Of a DNA stretch of 64,000 nucleotides, positions 28,561-39,918 are shown one piece after another. The notes beneath the pieces were generated by a model, which worked only from the letters and a program-made list of their open reading frames with translations, was not told where the DNA came from and did no database searches. Numbering within the stretch: position 1 is the stretch's first letter; the number at the start of each line of letters is the position of its first letter. This stretch comes from a bacterium (GTDB lineage Bacteria; Patescibacteriota; Minisyncoccia; Phycocordibacterales; UBA12088): positions 80,139-144,138 of the forward strand of contig QKEV01000007.1 of NCBI GenBank assembly GCA_003252295.1, read 5' to 3'. The translations under genes and the position numbers were made by a program.

Positions 28561-29833
28561 GTGGTGGTTCAATACGATCTTTACCCATGTACGGACGTAG
28601 TACCTCAGGTATCACTATTGAGCCATCAGCTTGCTGATAGTTCTCTACGATCGGTACGAGCGCTCTTGGTGTCGCCAAGGCGGTATTGTTCAAAGAATGG
28701 ACAAACTGCATACGACCATTGTCATCTTTGTAGCGTATATTGAGTCTCCTTGTCTGGAAATCATGGAAGTATGATGCTGAATGAGTCTCTCGATACTTTC
28801 CCTCAGATGGCACCCACGCCTCAATATCATACTTCTTTACCTGACCAAGTCCGATATCGCCACCACAATTCACAACTACATGGTACGGTATCCCAAGTGC
28901 TTGCATGAGCTTCTCTGAGTTTTGTGTGATCTCTTCATGGAACTTCACAGACTCCTCGTGGTTTGCCTCACAGAGCACCACCTGCTCGATCTTGAAGAAC
29001 TCATGTACACGGATAAGACCCTTCGTGTCTTTTCCATGACTTCCAGCTTCTCTTCGGAAGCAAGGTGAAAATGCAATAAACTTCATTGGTAAGTCCTTCT
29101 TCTCAACTACCTCATCCATAAAGTAACTCATCATGGCAACTTCAGCGGTACCTGCAAGGAAATCACCATCCTGTGTCTTATAAAGGTCTTCCTCAGACTG
29201 CGGCAAGTAGCCGGTACCCATAAATGGCTCACGTCGCACCATACTTGGTACGAGCATTTCCTTGTACTCTGGGTGCTCCTTTGCAAACGTGTCAAACACA
29301 AACTGCCAAAGTGCAAATGAAAGCTTCAGGCCATCACCAGTGAGGTAGTATCCGCGAAATCCTGATGTCTTAGTACCGCGCTCAAGGTCAATCATACCTA
29401 GGTTCTGCATGAGCTCTATATGACTCTTTGGTTCAAAATCAAACTTGGTAACTTCACCTACAACGCGCACCTCCTGGTTATCTGCATCACTCTCTCCCTC
29501 AGGCACCGTCATGTCAGGTATGTTTGGTACATGAAGCATCAAGAGCTGCCACTGCTTAATAGTACGCTTCAGGTCAGCTTCGTCCTTTTGTAAACCGTCC
29601 TTTAGGGTTTTCATCTCTGCAATCATTTTTTCACGTTCATCCGACGACGAAGCCTGTGCTATTTTTGTGCTCATCTCATTTTGGGATGCGCGCTTCTCAT
29701 CAAAGGCTTGCTGGAGCTTTTTACGCTTGTCGTCAAGACGCATGAGCTTATCGAGGTCAACATCGATATGCTTTTTCTTGGCGGCAGCTTTCACGAGGCT
29801 CAGATTTTCTCGTATGAACTTAATATCTAACAT
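28538..29833 (-). CDS. serS: Seryl-tRNA synthetase
   Basis: MLDIKFIREN, GTAEV, CFRREAG, RVHEF.K.EQ, LNNT. Confidence 0.97.
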   Translation of the reverse strand: MLDIKFIRENLSLVKAAAKKKHIDVDLDKLMRLDDKRKKLQQAFDEKRASQNEMSTKIAQASSSDEREKMIAEMKTLKDGLQKDEADLKRTIKQWQLLMLHVPNIPDMTVPEGESDADNQEVRVVGEVTKFDFEPKSHIELMQNLGMIDLERGTKTSGFRGYYLTGDGLKLSFALWQFVFDTFAKEHPEYKEMLVPSMVRREPFMGTGYLPQSEEDLYKTQDGDFLAGTAEVAMMSYFMDEVVEKKDLPMKFIAFSPCFRREAGSHGKDTKGLIRVHEFFKIEQVVLCEANHEESVKFHEEITQNSEKLMQALGIPYHVVVNCGGDIGLGQVKKYDIEAWVPSEGKYRETHSASYFHDFQTRRLNIRYKDDNGRMQFVHSLNNTALATPRALVPIVENYQQADGSIVIPEVLRPYMGKDRIEPPHDSQAQV

Positions 29834-30000
29834 ACTCCCTAATTAACTCCGTACGTAACTACGGAGCACTTGTAATGTATTTTAGTGTAGCATGTTAGCG
29901 CCCTTTTGCCAGAATTACGTACCTATTGACTAGGCAACCATTGTGTTCTATAAAATACATAGAGGGTACATTATTCAAAACAATATAGATGGAGGTTGCT

Positions 30001-30420
30001 ATGGAAACAAACACGTACATGATACAAGTCAATTTGGAGGTCAATCCTGATACAGAAAACGTACTCACCTTCTCTCACAAGGGTATCGAATTTGGGAGGC
30101 ATGCGCACCAGGAACTTACGTGGTTAGAAGGAGAGACATGTTCAATAGCCATAACATCTATTGTCTGGAAGGATTTTATTAAAAAGACAAATCTTGCCGA
30201 CCTGTTTAAACCTTTACGAGGAAAATTGTCTTCAACATTCATGCGTGCAATGTACGATTACAAGGAACATCTACCTATGCTCGATTGTGATTTAGTTACA
30301 AACTATTGGCGATTCTTTCCTGCAGCAGAACCAGATGACATCATGCTGTGGGCAATAACCAAAGTTGATGACGCTGTGTTCAGAAGCAAAAAAAGGTCGG
30401 ACTTTATAGTCACCAACTAG
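30001..30420 (+). CDS. Hypothetical protein (paralog of 30554..30976)
   Basis: GGAGG SD before METNTY; TTGACT promoter upstream. Confidence 0.65.
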   Translation: METNTYMIQVNLEVNPDTENVLTFSHKGIEFGRHAHQELTWLEGETCSIAITSIVWKDFIKKTNLADLFKPLRGKLSSTFMRAMYDYKEHLPMLDCDLVTNYWRFFPAAEPDDIMLWAITKVDDAVFRSKKRSDFIVTN

Positions 30421-30553
30421 ACCACCTGCGCCGTACTTCACTGTTGTGATGTGCGGCGCTTTACCATATACCTCAAGTATCTTCGTAATTGACTTACATA
30501 CAAGAGATTGTACACTTCGTAGAGATAAACAATTACTCACGGAGGGAAGAGAA

Positions 30554-30976
30554 ATGAACGATGTTAATACATACTACATTGAAGGAGAAATTGTCTACGA
30601 AAAACAAAAAGACCTTACCTTGAAAGCAAGACGATCACTCGCTTTTTACTATAGAAAAAGCAAGGGTGAAAAAAAAGAGATCTTTAGAAACAAAAACCTG
30701 ATTTTACAGTTTATTCTTGGTTCAACGGTAGTAAGGGTGTTATATAAGATTCTCTGGAATGAGGTAATTGATTTTACAAGTATCGACCCCAAGCTTTTAG
30801 ATAAAACAGGAGAAAGTTTGTGGTACGCACTAGGAGAATACAAGGATGGACGCCAAAAAAAACTAGAGGAATGGTATTTTGTGCCAGATGACACAACGAG
30901 TGAGAATCCTATGCTTTGGATGCTTACAAATTTGGAGGAAACAGGTAGAATTCCAGAGAACATAGTTACTGAGTAG
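30554..30976 (+). CDS. Hypothetical protein (paralog of 30001..30420)
   Basis: GGAGGG SD before MNDVNTY; own promoter-like and hairpin sequences. Confidence 0.65.
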   Translation: MNDVNTYYIEGEIVYEKQKDLTLKARRSLAFYYRKSKGEKKEIFRNKNLILQFILGSTVVRVLYKILWNEVIDFTSIDPKLLDKTGESLWYALGEYKDGRQKKLEEWYFVPDDTTSENPMLWMLTNLEETGRIPENIVTE

Positions 30977-31049
30977 TTCTTCCCTACACCGCATAATGAA
31001 AAACATTGTGCGGTGTAATCTTTCTACACACGCATGCTACTATTACTGC

Positions 31050-31910
31050 ATGGACAAGTATGATATCAAATCACTCACGATCCCTGCACCTTTAACAGAA
31101 ATACCTGATCCACCAAAACAGCTTTTTATTCGCGGCACCTATCCTAAAGGTACTGAACTAAAGTTCCTTACTGTTGTTGGAGCACGCAAGTACACTCCAT
31201 ATGGTAAGCAGGTCTGCGAACATCTCATTCATGAACTGAAAGGATACCCTGTTGTTATCATTTCCGGACTTGCACTCGGCATTGATGGCGTGGCACACAG
31301 AGCGGCACTCGATGCGGGACTCACCACCATAGCAGTACCTGGTTCAGGACTTTCTGACACTGTACTGTACCCACGAACACATCTGCAACTTGCTCACGAC
31401 ATATTGGAACACAATGGTGCACTCATTTCTGAATTTGAACCTGACTGGAAACCACGTCCAGAGAGCTTTCCACAGAGAAATCGCATCATGGCAGGTATGA
31501 GTGATGCTGTGCTCGTCGTAGAGGCGGAACTTCGCTCAGGTACACTTATTACTTCACGACTTGCCACTGAATATAACCGTGATGTACTCGCGATTCCGGG
31601 ACCTGTTCACTCTGAGACATCGAAAGGTCCACACATGCTCATACAAAAAGGTGCTGCTCTTATTACTTCAGGTACTGACATTCTTGAGACACTTGGTATT
31701 GATGCTAAAAAAGAAAAAAATAGCAATTTAGAAATCATGCTTTCATTAAAAGAGCAACGGGTAAAGGACTTTCTTACACACCCCCTACAACGAGACGAAC
31801 TTATTCAAAAACTTTCTCTTCCTGTTTCTGAAGCAAATATCCTACTCTCTGGTCTTGAACTCAAGGGTTACCTTAGAGAAGTACTTGGAAGTATCGAATG
31901 GATACAGTAA
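31050..31910 (+). CDS. dprA: DNA-processing protein DprA
   Basis: VVGAR, ISGLALGID, FPQRNRI, SGTLIT. Confidence 0.95.
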   Translation: MDKYDIKSLTIPAPLTEIPDPPKQLFIRGTYPKGTELKFLTVVGARKYTPYGKQVCEHLIHELKGYPVVIISGLALGIDGVAHRAALDAGLTTIAVPGSGLSDTVLYPRTHLQLAHDILEHNGALISEFEPDWKPRPESFPQRNRIMAGMSDAVLVVEAELRSGTLITSRLATEYNRDVLAIPGPVHSETSKGPHMLIQKGAALITSGTDILETLGIDAKKEKNSNLEIMLSLKEQRVKDFLTHPLQRDELIQKLSLPVSEANILLSGLELKGYLREVLGSIEWIQ

Positions 31911-31944
31911 TACAAAACAACCCCACGCTAGGGGTTGTTTTGTA
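31911..31944. terminator. Bidirectional terminator dprA/rpoC
   Basis: TACAAAACAACCCC-N6-GGGGTTGTTTTGTA. Confidence 0.8.
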
Positions 31945-31965
31945 TAAGACTGATTTATGTATTGC

Positions 31966-34900
31966 TTATCGTTTGTAGCCACCGTCAGAAGCTGTCGCCC
32001 TCGGAGTATCTCCAGTACGAGCATCTTCATACTCATCACCAGCATAGAGTGCCTGCTTTGCCTCCTGTTCTTTACGTAGTTCTTCCTGTAGTTCTGTGAC
32101 ACGTTCAAACTTCTTTGAGCCCTTGTAGCCGGTACCAGCAGGGATGATGCGACCAATAATCACATTTTCCTTCAAACCACGAAGTGGGTCTGTGGTACCT
32201 CGTACCGCATTGTTAATAAGAACTCGTGTTGTGTTCTGGAAGCTAGAAGATGATAACCAGCTTTTTCGTGTAAGTGAGACCTCCATGATTCCACAAAGGT
32301 ATGCATCACCAATCGCTTCTTCCTTACCTTCCTCTCGTGCCTTTTCGTTTGCCTCTAGAAGTTCCCAAACTTCAACAACATCACCGACAGCGAGGTGCGT
32401 ATCACCACCATATTTTATCTTACGTCGTGAGAACATCTGACGAATAATAACCTCCATATGCTTTCGGCTAATGCTCACACCCTGTAGTTCGTATATCTTA
32501 CTGGTTGCTGCAATAATGTACTCCTGAGTACGTTCACGTCCACCATACTTGTAGAGTTCGGTAAGGTCAGCTGATCCATCAGTAAGGAAATCTCCCTTTG
32601 TGACACGTTGCCCCTCCTTTACCACAAGTACACGTGGATGATACACAACAAACTCAACATTCTTATCTTTCTTCTTGAGCTGACCTTCATCTGCAAGTAC
32701 GTGCACAATCTTTTGTGAACCAGTATCATTGATTTCAGTAATAAGTCCACTCACGCTTGCAATGACTGCAGGACTCTTCGGACTACGTCGTTCAAACACC
32801 TCTTCCACACGAGGAAGACCTTGCACCACGTCACCTCCGGCTGCTGCCGCACCTCCAGCATGCTTCGTATTCATGGTGAGCTGTGTTCCTGGTTCACCAA
32901 TAGCCTGTGCCGCAACGGTTCCAACTGCTTCACCAAGATCAACGATCTGCCAAGTGGTTACATCAGCACCATAACAGTGTTGACAAATACCATGATGTAA
33001 CTCACAGGTAAGTGGTGAGCGTACCCATACTTCTTCTGCAGTACTTGCTGCGATAGTTTTCGCTTCTTCACGGTTGAGGAAAGTACCCTTCTTCATTATT
33101 ACGTTACCATCAGCGTCATTGACATCCTTTGCAAGGAAGCGACCACGTATACCCTTCGTAATATCAGTTTCAACACCGAGTGCATTCACACGAGTTATCT
33201 TAACGCCGTCCTTTGTTCCACAATCATTATCAGTAATGATAGAATCCTGTGCTACATCAAAGAGTTTTCGTGTAAGGTATCCTGCACGTGCAGTGTTAAG
33301 TGCTGTATCAGCAAGACCAGAACGTGAACCATGTGTCGTCGTAAAGTACTCAATAGGAGTAAGACCTTCTTTGTATGATGCAATAATCGGGAACTCAATA
33401 GTCTCACGCTGCGTGTTCTGAATAAGACCTTTCATACCTGACATCTGTGTAAGCTGCCCCATAGAACCTCGGGCTCCTGAGATCACAAGGTCATGTACTG
33501 GCCCTTCAGGATCGATAGTGTTAGGAATTGCTTCCTCAACATCACTCTTTGCCTTGTGCCACACCTCAATAACAAGACGTCGTTTTTCATCACGTGATAA
33601 CAGACCATCCTTATACTGCTGGTTTATTGTTGCAACCTGTTCACGTGCAGCCTTGATAATACCTTCCTTCTCTGGTGGTGTCTGAATGTCATCGAGTGAC
33701 CAGGTAACACCACTACGAGTAGCGTACTCAAATCCAAAGTTTTTGATCTTATCAACAATTCCTGGTACACGCTCAAGTGAGTAGTGGTCAATGAGTCTGT
33801 TGATGAGCTTCACGAGTGAACTCTTCTTCATGGTCTCGTTGAGGAATGGGTAGTCAGATGGAAGTACTGAGTTAAAGAGGAGTCGTCCTACAGTTGTCTC
33901 AAACACCTTACCTTCAAACTCTTGGTACTTCTGTGAATCAGTTGCAAGCACTTTGATCTTTGCGCGGAAATCTACAACACCGTAATCATAAGCACTAATC
34001 GCTTCGTTTGGACTTGCAAAGTAACGTCCTTCTCCCTTTGCACTCTCAATATCTTTGGTCATCCAGTAACATCCGAGCACGATATCTTGTGTCATAGCAA
34101 CTACTGGCTCACCATTACCTGGCTTCAAGATGTTCTTGTTAGCACTCATGAACATAGCTGCCTCGAGCTGCGCCTCACGTGAAAGTGGCACATGTACTGC
34201 CATTTGGTCACCATCAAAGTCTGCATTAAAAGCAGGACAAACGAGCGGATGAATACGGATAGCGTTACCCTCGATCAAGACTGGTCGAAATGCCTGAATT
34301 CCAAGACGATGAAGTGTCGGTGCACGGTTCAAAAGTACGTGCTTGTCTTTTGTTACCTCCTCAAGAATACCCCACACTTCTGGTGTTGCCTCTTCAATGA
34401 GACGGCCTGCACCACGAATGTTGTATGCGAGTTCTCGTTCGAGTAGTTTTGCAATAATGAATGGTCGGAACAACTCAAGTGCCATATGCTTTGGTAGACC
34501 ACATTGGTCAAGCTTGAGTTCAGGACCAACCACGATCACGCTACGTCCTGAGTAATCAACACGCTTTCCGAGAAGGTTCTGACGGAAGTACCCTTGCTTT
34601 CCCTTAAGGTAATCAGAGAGTGACTTGAGTGGACGTCGTTGTGATATATTCATTGCTCCACTAGAGTTTCCTCGTCGAATAGAGTTATCCATGAGCGCAT
34701 CGACTGCTTCCTGTAGGATTCGTTTTTCATTTCGAAGAATAACCTCAGGTGCCTGAATGTCGATAAGCTTCTTGAGACGGTTGTTTCGGTTAATGACACG
34801 TCGGTAGAGATCGTTCACATCTGAGCTCGCATGTCGTCCACCCTCTAGCGGTACCATTGGTCGAAGTGCAGGAGGAGATACTGGGAGTATAGTAAGGAAC

Positions 34901-35715
34901 ATGTTCTCTGGTCGTTGATTTGATCGAAGAAGTTGCTGTACAAGTGCAATACGCTTGTTGAGCTTTGTTTTTTCAGCAGCTCCAGCCTTCTCACGTGCCT
35001 CTATAAGTGTCTGAAGGAATTTCTCAAGATCAATCTCCTTAAAGAGGTTGTAAATTGCCTCAGCACCAATACCAGCCTCAAAGATGGTGCCGTAACGCAT
35101 TGAGTACACATGATAGGTCTCCTCATCGATAATAGTTCCCTGTGAGATGTTTGCTACCTCCGCCTTTACCTCGTTGAAGCGTTCCTTCAATCGTTTCTTT
35201 TCAGCATCATTACTTGCCGCTTTTGTTTTTGTTTTAAACTCAGTATCAATGTCTGCAAGAACGCGTGTGCGTTCTTTTTCATCAACTGAAGTTACTATGT
35301 AGCTTGCAAAGTACACCACCTTCTCAACCGATGCAGCTGAAATACCAAGTAGTGTTGCAATTCGAGATGGAATACCTCGTAAGAACCAGATGTGTGCTAC
35401 AGGACTTGCAAGTTCAATATGTCCACCACGTTCACGTCGTACAACGTTACGTGTAATCTCAACACCACATCGATCACAAACAATATTCTTGTATCGAATA
35501 CCTTTGTACTTACCACAGAAACACTCAAAGTCACGTGTTGGACCAAAGATCTTTTCGTCGAAAAGACCATTCTTCTCAGCACGCTGTGTTCGGTAGTTAA
35601 TCGTTTCTGGTTTTGTTACTTCTCCAAATGACCAATCTCGTATACGCTCCGGACTTGCTATCCGTATGGATACCGCATCGAAATGGTTTGAAGGATTGTA
35701 GTGATTTTCTTTCAT
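31966..35715 (-). CDS. rpoC: RNA polymerase beta' subunit
   Basis: NADFDGD, LLGKRVDYSGRSVI, Zn ribbon. Confidence 0.99.
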   Translation of the reverse strand: MKENHYNPSNHFDAVSIRIASPERIRDWSFGEVTKPETINYRTQRAEKNGLFDEKIFGPTRDFECFCGKYKGIRYKNIVCDRCGVEITRNVVRRERGGHIELASPVAHIWFLRGIPSRIATLLGISAASVEKVVYFASYIVTSVDEKERTRVLADIDTEFKTKTKAASNDAEKKRLKERFNEVKAEVANISQGTIIDEETYHVYSMRYGTIFEAGIGAEAIYNLFKEIDLEKFLQTLIEAREKAGAAEKTKLNKRIALVQQLLRSNQRPENMFLTILPVSPPALRPMVPLEGGRHASSDVNDLYRRVINRNNRLKKLIDIQAPEVILRNEKRILQEAVDALMDNSIRRGNSSGAMNISQRRPLKSLSDYLKGKQGYFRQNLLGKRVDYSGRSVIVVGPELKLDQCGLPKHMALELFRPFIIAKLLERELAYNIRGAGRLIEEATPEVWGILEEVTKDKHVLLNRAPTLHRLGIQAFRPVLIEGNAIRIHPLVCPAFNADFDGDQMAVHVPLSREAQLEAAMFMSANKNILKPGNGEPVVAMTQDIVLGCYWMTKDIESAKGEGRYFASPNEAISAYDYGVVDFRAKIKVLATDSQKYQEFEGKVFETTVGRLLFNSVLPSDYPFLNETMKKSSLVKLINRLIDHYSLERVPGIVDKIKNFGFEYATRSGVTWSLDDIQTPPEKEGIIKAAREQVATINQQYKDGLLSRDEKRRLVIEVWHKAKSDVEEAIPNTIDPEGPVHDLVISGARGSMGQLTQMSGMKGLIQNTQRETIEFPIIASYKEGLTPIEYFTTTHGSRSGLADTALNTARAGYLTRKLFDVAQDSIITDNDCGTKDGVKITRVNALGVETDITKGIRGRFLAKDVNDADGNVIMKKGTFLNREEAKTIAASTAEEVWVRSPLTCELHHGICQHCYGADVTTWQIVDLGEAVGTVAAQAIGEPGTQLTMNTKHAGGAAAAGGDVVQGLPRVEEVFERRSPKSPAVIASVSGLITEINDTGSQKIVHVLADEGQLKKKDKNVEFVVYHPRVLVVKEGQRVTKGDFLTDGSADLTELYKYGGRERTQEYIIAATSKIYELQGVSISRKHMEVIIRQMFSRRKIKYGGDTHLAVGDVVEVWELLEANEKAREEGKEEAIGDAYLCGIMEVSLTRKSWLSSSSFQNTTRVLINNAVRGTTDPLRGLKENVIIGRIIPAGTGYKGSKKFERVTELQEELRKEQEAKQALYAGDEYEDARTGDTPRATASDGGYKR

Positions 35716-35735
35716 GTTAGTTTCGCAGAGCGTAA

Positions 35736-38700
35736 TTAGTCGTTAGTAATATCCTTATTCTCCTCAAGTCGAACATCAAGTGCTAGTGCACGTAGATGAT
35801 GTGTGAGTACGTTAAATGCTGCTGGCGTGTTCGTATGGGTAATGAGACCATCGCGCACAATAGCATCAAATGCTGCTGATCGACCTTGTATATCGTCTGA
35901 TTTTACGGTGAGCACCTCACGAAGCGTGTATGCTGCTCCGTATCCAAGAAGTGCCCACACTTCCATCTCTCCAAATCGTTGTCCTCCGTTTTGTGCCTTA
36001 CCTCCAAGTGGCTGTTGTGTAATGAGTGAGTATGGACCAATAGAACGCATATGAATCTTGTCCTCAACCATATGATGCAGCTTCATGATGTACATGTAGC
36101 CAATAGCTACCTTCTGGTTGAAGTCTTCACCGGTGCGACCATCACGTAGCTGTACCTTTCCGTCTTCTGGGTAACCTGATGCTACGAGTTCTGACTTGAT
36201 TTCTTCTTCAGTTGCTCCTGCAAATGGAGGACACACTGCCTGGTAGCCAAGTGTGTGTGCTGCAAGGCCAAGATGTAGCTCAAGGATCTGTCCTAGGTTC
36301 ATACGACTCGGCACACCGAGTGGAGTCAAGATAACATCAATTGGTCGTCCATCCTCAAGGTACGGCATGTCCTCCTCAGGAAGAATACGTGAAATAACAC
36401 CCTTGTTTCCATGTCGTCCAGCAAGCTTGTCACCTACTGAAACACTTCGCACCTGTGCCATGGTCACCTGTACTTTCTTTAAAATACCTGATTCGAGTTG
36501 ATCACCTGCCTCACGTGAGAATATCTGTACACCAACAACTCGTCCTTGTTTTCCACCTTGAAGTCGCAAGCTGGTATCTTTCACATCCTTCGCCTTTTCA
36601 CCGAAGATACTTCGAAGCAGTCGCTCTTCTGGAGTCAACTGACTTTCACCCTTAGGAGTTACCTTACCAACAAGAATGTCACCTGTGCGAACCTCTGCAC
36701 CAATACGAACAATACCTTCCTCATCAAGATTTTTGAGTTTTGCTTCACCAACGTTCGGGATGTCATGTGTCGTTACCTCTGCACCAAGCTTGGTGTCACG
36801 AACAACACACTCAAACACCTCCATGTGAATAGAACTGAACTTAGCATTCTTTACGAGACGCTCTGAAAGAATGATTGCATCCTCGTAGTTTGCTCCTGCC
36901 CATGGCATGAATGCAACGAGTGCATTCTGTCCAAGTGCGAGCTGTCCCTCTACTGTTGAACTGGTATCAGCTAGGAGTTCACCCTTCTTTACCTTCTGAC
37001 CTACCTTCACAACCGGTCGTTGGAAGAAGCAGGACATGTCGTTCGTTCGTGAGAAATCAACAAGTGGGTACTCTATACTCTTTCCTTTCTTGTTCTTGAA
37101 CACAATATGCTTTGCATCAACTGCAGCAATCTCTCCTGCTTCTGGTGCGAGTATGAGACGTCCTGTGTCCTGTGCTGCTCGAGCCTCAATTCCTGTTCCC
37201 ACGAGTGGAATTTCAGGAACGAGACATGGAGTAGCTTGTTTCTGCATGTTTGATCCCATGAGTGCACGGTTAGCATCATCGTTCTCTAGGAACGGGATCA
37301 TGGTTGTTGCAACAGAGAATGGCTGCATGGTTGATACATCCATGTACTCTACGTCGTTACGTGATACCACTGTTGGTTCACCACTGTGACGTACCTCAAT
37401 CTGACTCTCAACGATCGTTTTTTTGTCATTGAGCTTTGTTGCAGCATGGGCAATGTATGCTTTCTCTTCTTCGAGTGCATTGAGGTACACAACCTCCTCA
37501 GTTACCCTACCTTTTTCAACCTTTAAGTATGGAGTCTGAATGAATCCAAAACGGTCAATAACACTAAAGTTTGCAAGGTGGAGAATGAGTCCGATGTTTG
37601 GACCTTCTGGTGTGTGAATAGGACATACACGTCCGTAGTGACTAGGATGTACATCACGTACTTCAAACCCTGCTCGTTCACGTGTTAGACCACCTGGGCC
37701 GAGTGCTGAAAGGGTTCGTAAGTGCTCAAGCTCTGTAAGCATGTTCTGCTGCTGCATGAACTGTGAGAGCTGGTTTGTGTTAAAGAATTCCTTTATTGCA
37801 GCCTGAAGTGGTCGTGGGTTGATGATGGTTACAGGTGAAGATGTCTCCGGCTCAATAGTACTCATACGATCCTGAATGTTTCGCTTCATGCGGCTCACAC
37901 CAACACGAATCTTCTGCATCATCATCTCACCAACAAAACGAACACGGCGGAAACCAAGGTGATCAATATCATCAGCGATTGCATTTGGATCTGCATTCAT
38001 CTCCATAACCTTCGTAAGGATAGTGATAAGGTCATCAAGAGTAATGGTACGTACCGCAATATCTTTTGGTGTCATACCCTTTCCAAAACGCTGATTGAAT
38101 CGATGGCGTCCTACCTCAGAAAGGTCATAACGTTCCTCACCGAGCACTGAAAGCACAAAGTCACGTGCGGTCTCAGGTGTTGCAATATCACCATCACGCA
38201 TACGTCGATACATTTCTATAAACGCATCCTCAGTTGTTTTTGCTGGATCTTTCTCTAGTGTTGTCTGTATCGTATCTTTTCCACCATCAACTGACTTAAA
38301 GAGATCGAGCATATCCTTATCAAAGGCTGCACCAAGGATACGTAGGAAGCTTGTTATTGGAAGCTTTCGTTTTCGGTCGATACGTACGTAAATTGCTCCA
38401 TCCGCCTCACTCTCGATTTCGATCCACACACCTCGTCCTGGAATAATCTTTGCACCAAAATAGGTTTTTCCTTTAAGAAGTTGGCTGGTGAAAAATACAC
38501 CTGAACTTCGTGCAAGCTGTGGTACAACAACGCGCTCGACACCATTAATAATAAAGGTGCCGTGGTCAGTCATCATTGGGAAATCAGCAAGAAAGATTTC
38601 CTGCTCGTTCTCTGTTCCAAGTGTCTTATTCTTAAGTTTTATCCTTGCCTTGATAGGAGCTTCGTATGTACGATTGTTCTTCTTTGCGTAGTATTCATCG

Positions 38701-38915
38701 TTTACTGGCTCACCGATCTCATATCCCTCAAAAGTGAGGTCAAATTTCTTCTCACCGTAATCGCGGATTGGTGAGAACTCTTTAAAGACTTCGCTGATAC
38801 CATCCTCAACGAGCCATTTGAAACTGGTGAGCTGGTGCTCAACCAAGTTTGGCAGATCCTGGTCTGCTGGACGATACCTACTGAAGGTCTTTTGTGTAGT
38901 GGTACTGGTTGACAT
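35736..38915 (-). CDS. rpoB: RNA polymerase beta subunit
   Basis: GDKLAGRHGNKG, GGQRFGEME, rifampicin region. Confidence 0.99.
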   Translation of the reverse strand: MSTSTTTQKTFSRYRPADQDLPNLVEHQLTSFKWLVEDGISEVFKEFSPIRDYGEKKFDLTFEGYEIGEPVNDEYYAKKNNRTYEAPIKARIKLKNKTLGTENEQEIFLADFPMMTDHGTFIINGVERVVVPQLARSSGVFFTSQLLKGKTYFGAKIIPGRGVWIEIESEADGAIYVRIDRKRKLPITSFLRILGAAFDKDMLDLFKSVDGGKDTIQTTLEKDPAKTTEDAFIEMYRRMRDGDIATPETARDFVLSVLGEERYDLSEVGRHRFNQRFGKGMTPKDIAVRTITLDDLITILTKVMEMNADPNAIADDIDHLGFRRVRFVGEMMMQKIRVGVSRMKRNIQDRMSTIEPETSSPVTIINPRPLQAAIKEFFNTNQLSQFMQQQNMLTELEHLRTLSALGPGGLTRERAGFEVRDVHPSHYGRVCPIHTPEGPNIGLILHLANFSVIDRFGFIQTPYLKVEKGRVTEEVVYLNALEEEKAYIAHAATKLNDKKTIVESQIEVRHSGEPTVVSRNDVEYMDVSTMQPFSVATTMIPFLENDDANRALMGSNMQKQATPCLVPEIPLVGTGIEARAAQDTGRLILAPEAGEIAAVDAKHIVFKNKKGKSIEYPLVDFSRTNDMSCFFQRPVVKVGQKVKKGELLADTSSTVEGQLALGQNALVAFMPWAGANYEDAIILSERLVKNAKFSSIHMEVFECVVRDTKLGAEVTTHDIPNVGEAKLKNLDEEGIVRIGAEVRTGDILVGKVTPKGESQLTPEERLLRSIFGEKAKDVKDTSLRLQGGKQGRVVGVQIFSREAGDQLESGILKKVQVTMAQVRSVSVGDKLAGRHGNKGVISRILPEEDMPYLEDGRPIDVILTPLGVPSRMNLGQILELHLGLAAHTLGYQAVCPPFAGATEEEIKSELVASGYPEDGKVQLRDGRTGEDFNQKVAIGYMYIMKLHHMVEDKIHMRSIGPYSLITQQPLGGKAQNGGQRFGEMEVWALLGYGAAYTLREVLTVKSDDIQGRSAAFDAIVRDGLITHTNTPAAFNVLTHHLRALALDVRLEENKDITND

Positions 38916-39182
38916 ATGTATATGGTTAATAATTTTGTATTGATACTCTATTTACATACTGCGAGTAGTTGGCAAGGTCCAGACAGAGCAAAAACCCTCA
39001 TAGAGGGCGCACTATCTTAACCACTTAACGCAGTAGCAACACTATCCTTACTTTTACTATTTATAATAGAGGCATCTCCCGCTCCCAAAACTCAATCAAC
39101 CCGCTATATTGTCAAGTAGTATACGCGAGAAAGGTTAAATGTCAACACTAGTCAACCCTACTTTTTATAAAACTGTGGAAAA

Positions 39183-39839
39183 CTAGCGTTTTTGTTTCCA
39201 TTCCTCTATTTTTTTGTGATCACCAGAGAGAAGTACCTTTGGTACACGGTAGTTCTTTTCTTTCCATTTTAATACCTCAGGTCGAGTATACACATCGTGA
39301 CTTGCAGTGCGTCGCTCTTCAAGAGAGTCGTAGTTACCAAGTACACCAGGTACCCTCCTTGCAATAGCGTCAAGCATAACCATCGCTGGCAGCTCACCAC
39401 CAGTAAGTGTATACGGACCTATGGTCACCGCCTCTGCACGAAGTATTTTCTTCACACGCGCATCAATTCCCTCATACCTGCCACATATCATAACCACATG
39501 ATCGTAGCGCTTTGCCACCTTTTCAGCGTAGCCAGTATCAAACTGCGTTCCCTCCGGCTCAAAAAATATTACTTTTACCTGCCTCCTATCCTTTCTGCCG
39601 ATTGCCTTGGAAACCGCCTTCAAGATACTTTCAGCTTCAAGCACCATACCTGGTCCACCACCATACGGCTTTTGATCTACACGTCTATGCTTGTCTTTTG
39701 TAAAGTCACGCGGGTTGTACATCCTCACCTCGATCTTCTTGTCTTCAATAGCTCGCTTCACAATGGATTCCTCAAGGTAAGAATCAAGTGCATGTGGAAA
39801 CAAGGTGATTATGTGAAATGTAATTTTATTTGTTTTCAT
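39183..39839 (-). CDS. trmD: tRNA (m1G37) methyltransferase TrmD
   Basis: PYGGGPGM, CGRYEGID, TLTGGE. Confidence 0.97.
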   Translation of the reverse strand: MKTNKITFHIITLFPHALDSYLEESIVKRAIEDKKIEVRMYNPRDFTKDKHRRVDQKPYGGGPGMVLEAESILKAVSKAIGRKDRRQVKVIFFEPEGTQFDTGYAEKVAKRYDHVVMICGRYEGIDARVKKILRAEAVTIGPYTLTGGELPAMVMLDAIARRVPGVLGNYDSLEERRTASHDVYTRPEVLKWKEKNYRVPKVLLSGDHKKIEEWKQKR

Positions 39840-39918
39840 GTTTGTACGATACTACTTCTTACCATTTAATGACAAGGAGCGCTACAAGTGGTATCACTTG
39901 TAGCGCTTCAAAACTTAC

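Noticed and set aside
29834-29900. Amino-acid leader peptides before serS or pheS analogous to thrS
   Set aside because: No Ser- or Phe-rich mini-ORF found; pheS has a -10 box 8 nt from its ATG
38916-39120. Possible structured leader upstream of rpoB (CCCTC-ATA-GAGGG plus T-run on the minus strand)
   Set aside because: Only a short stem; no recognisable family
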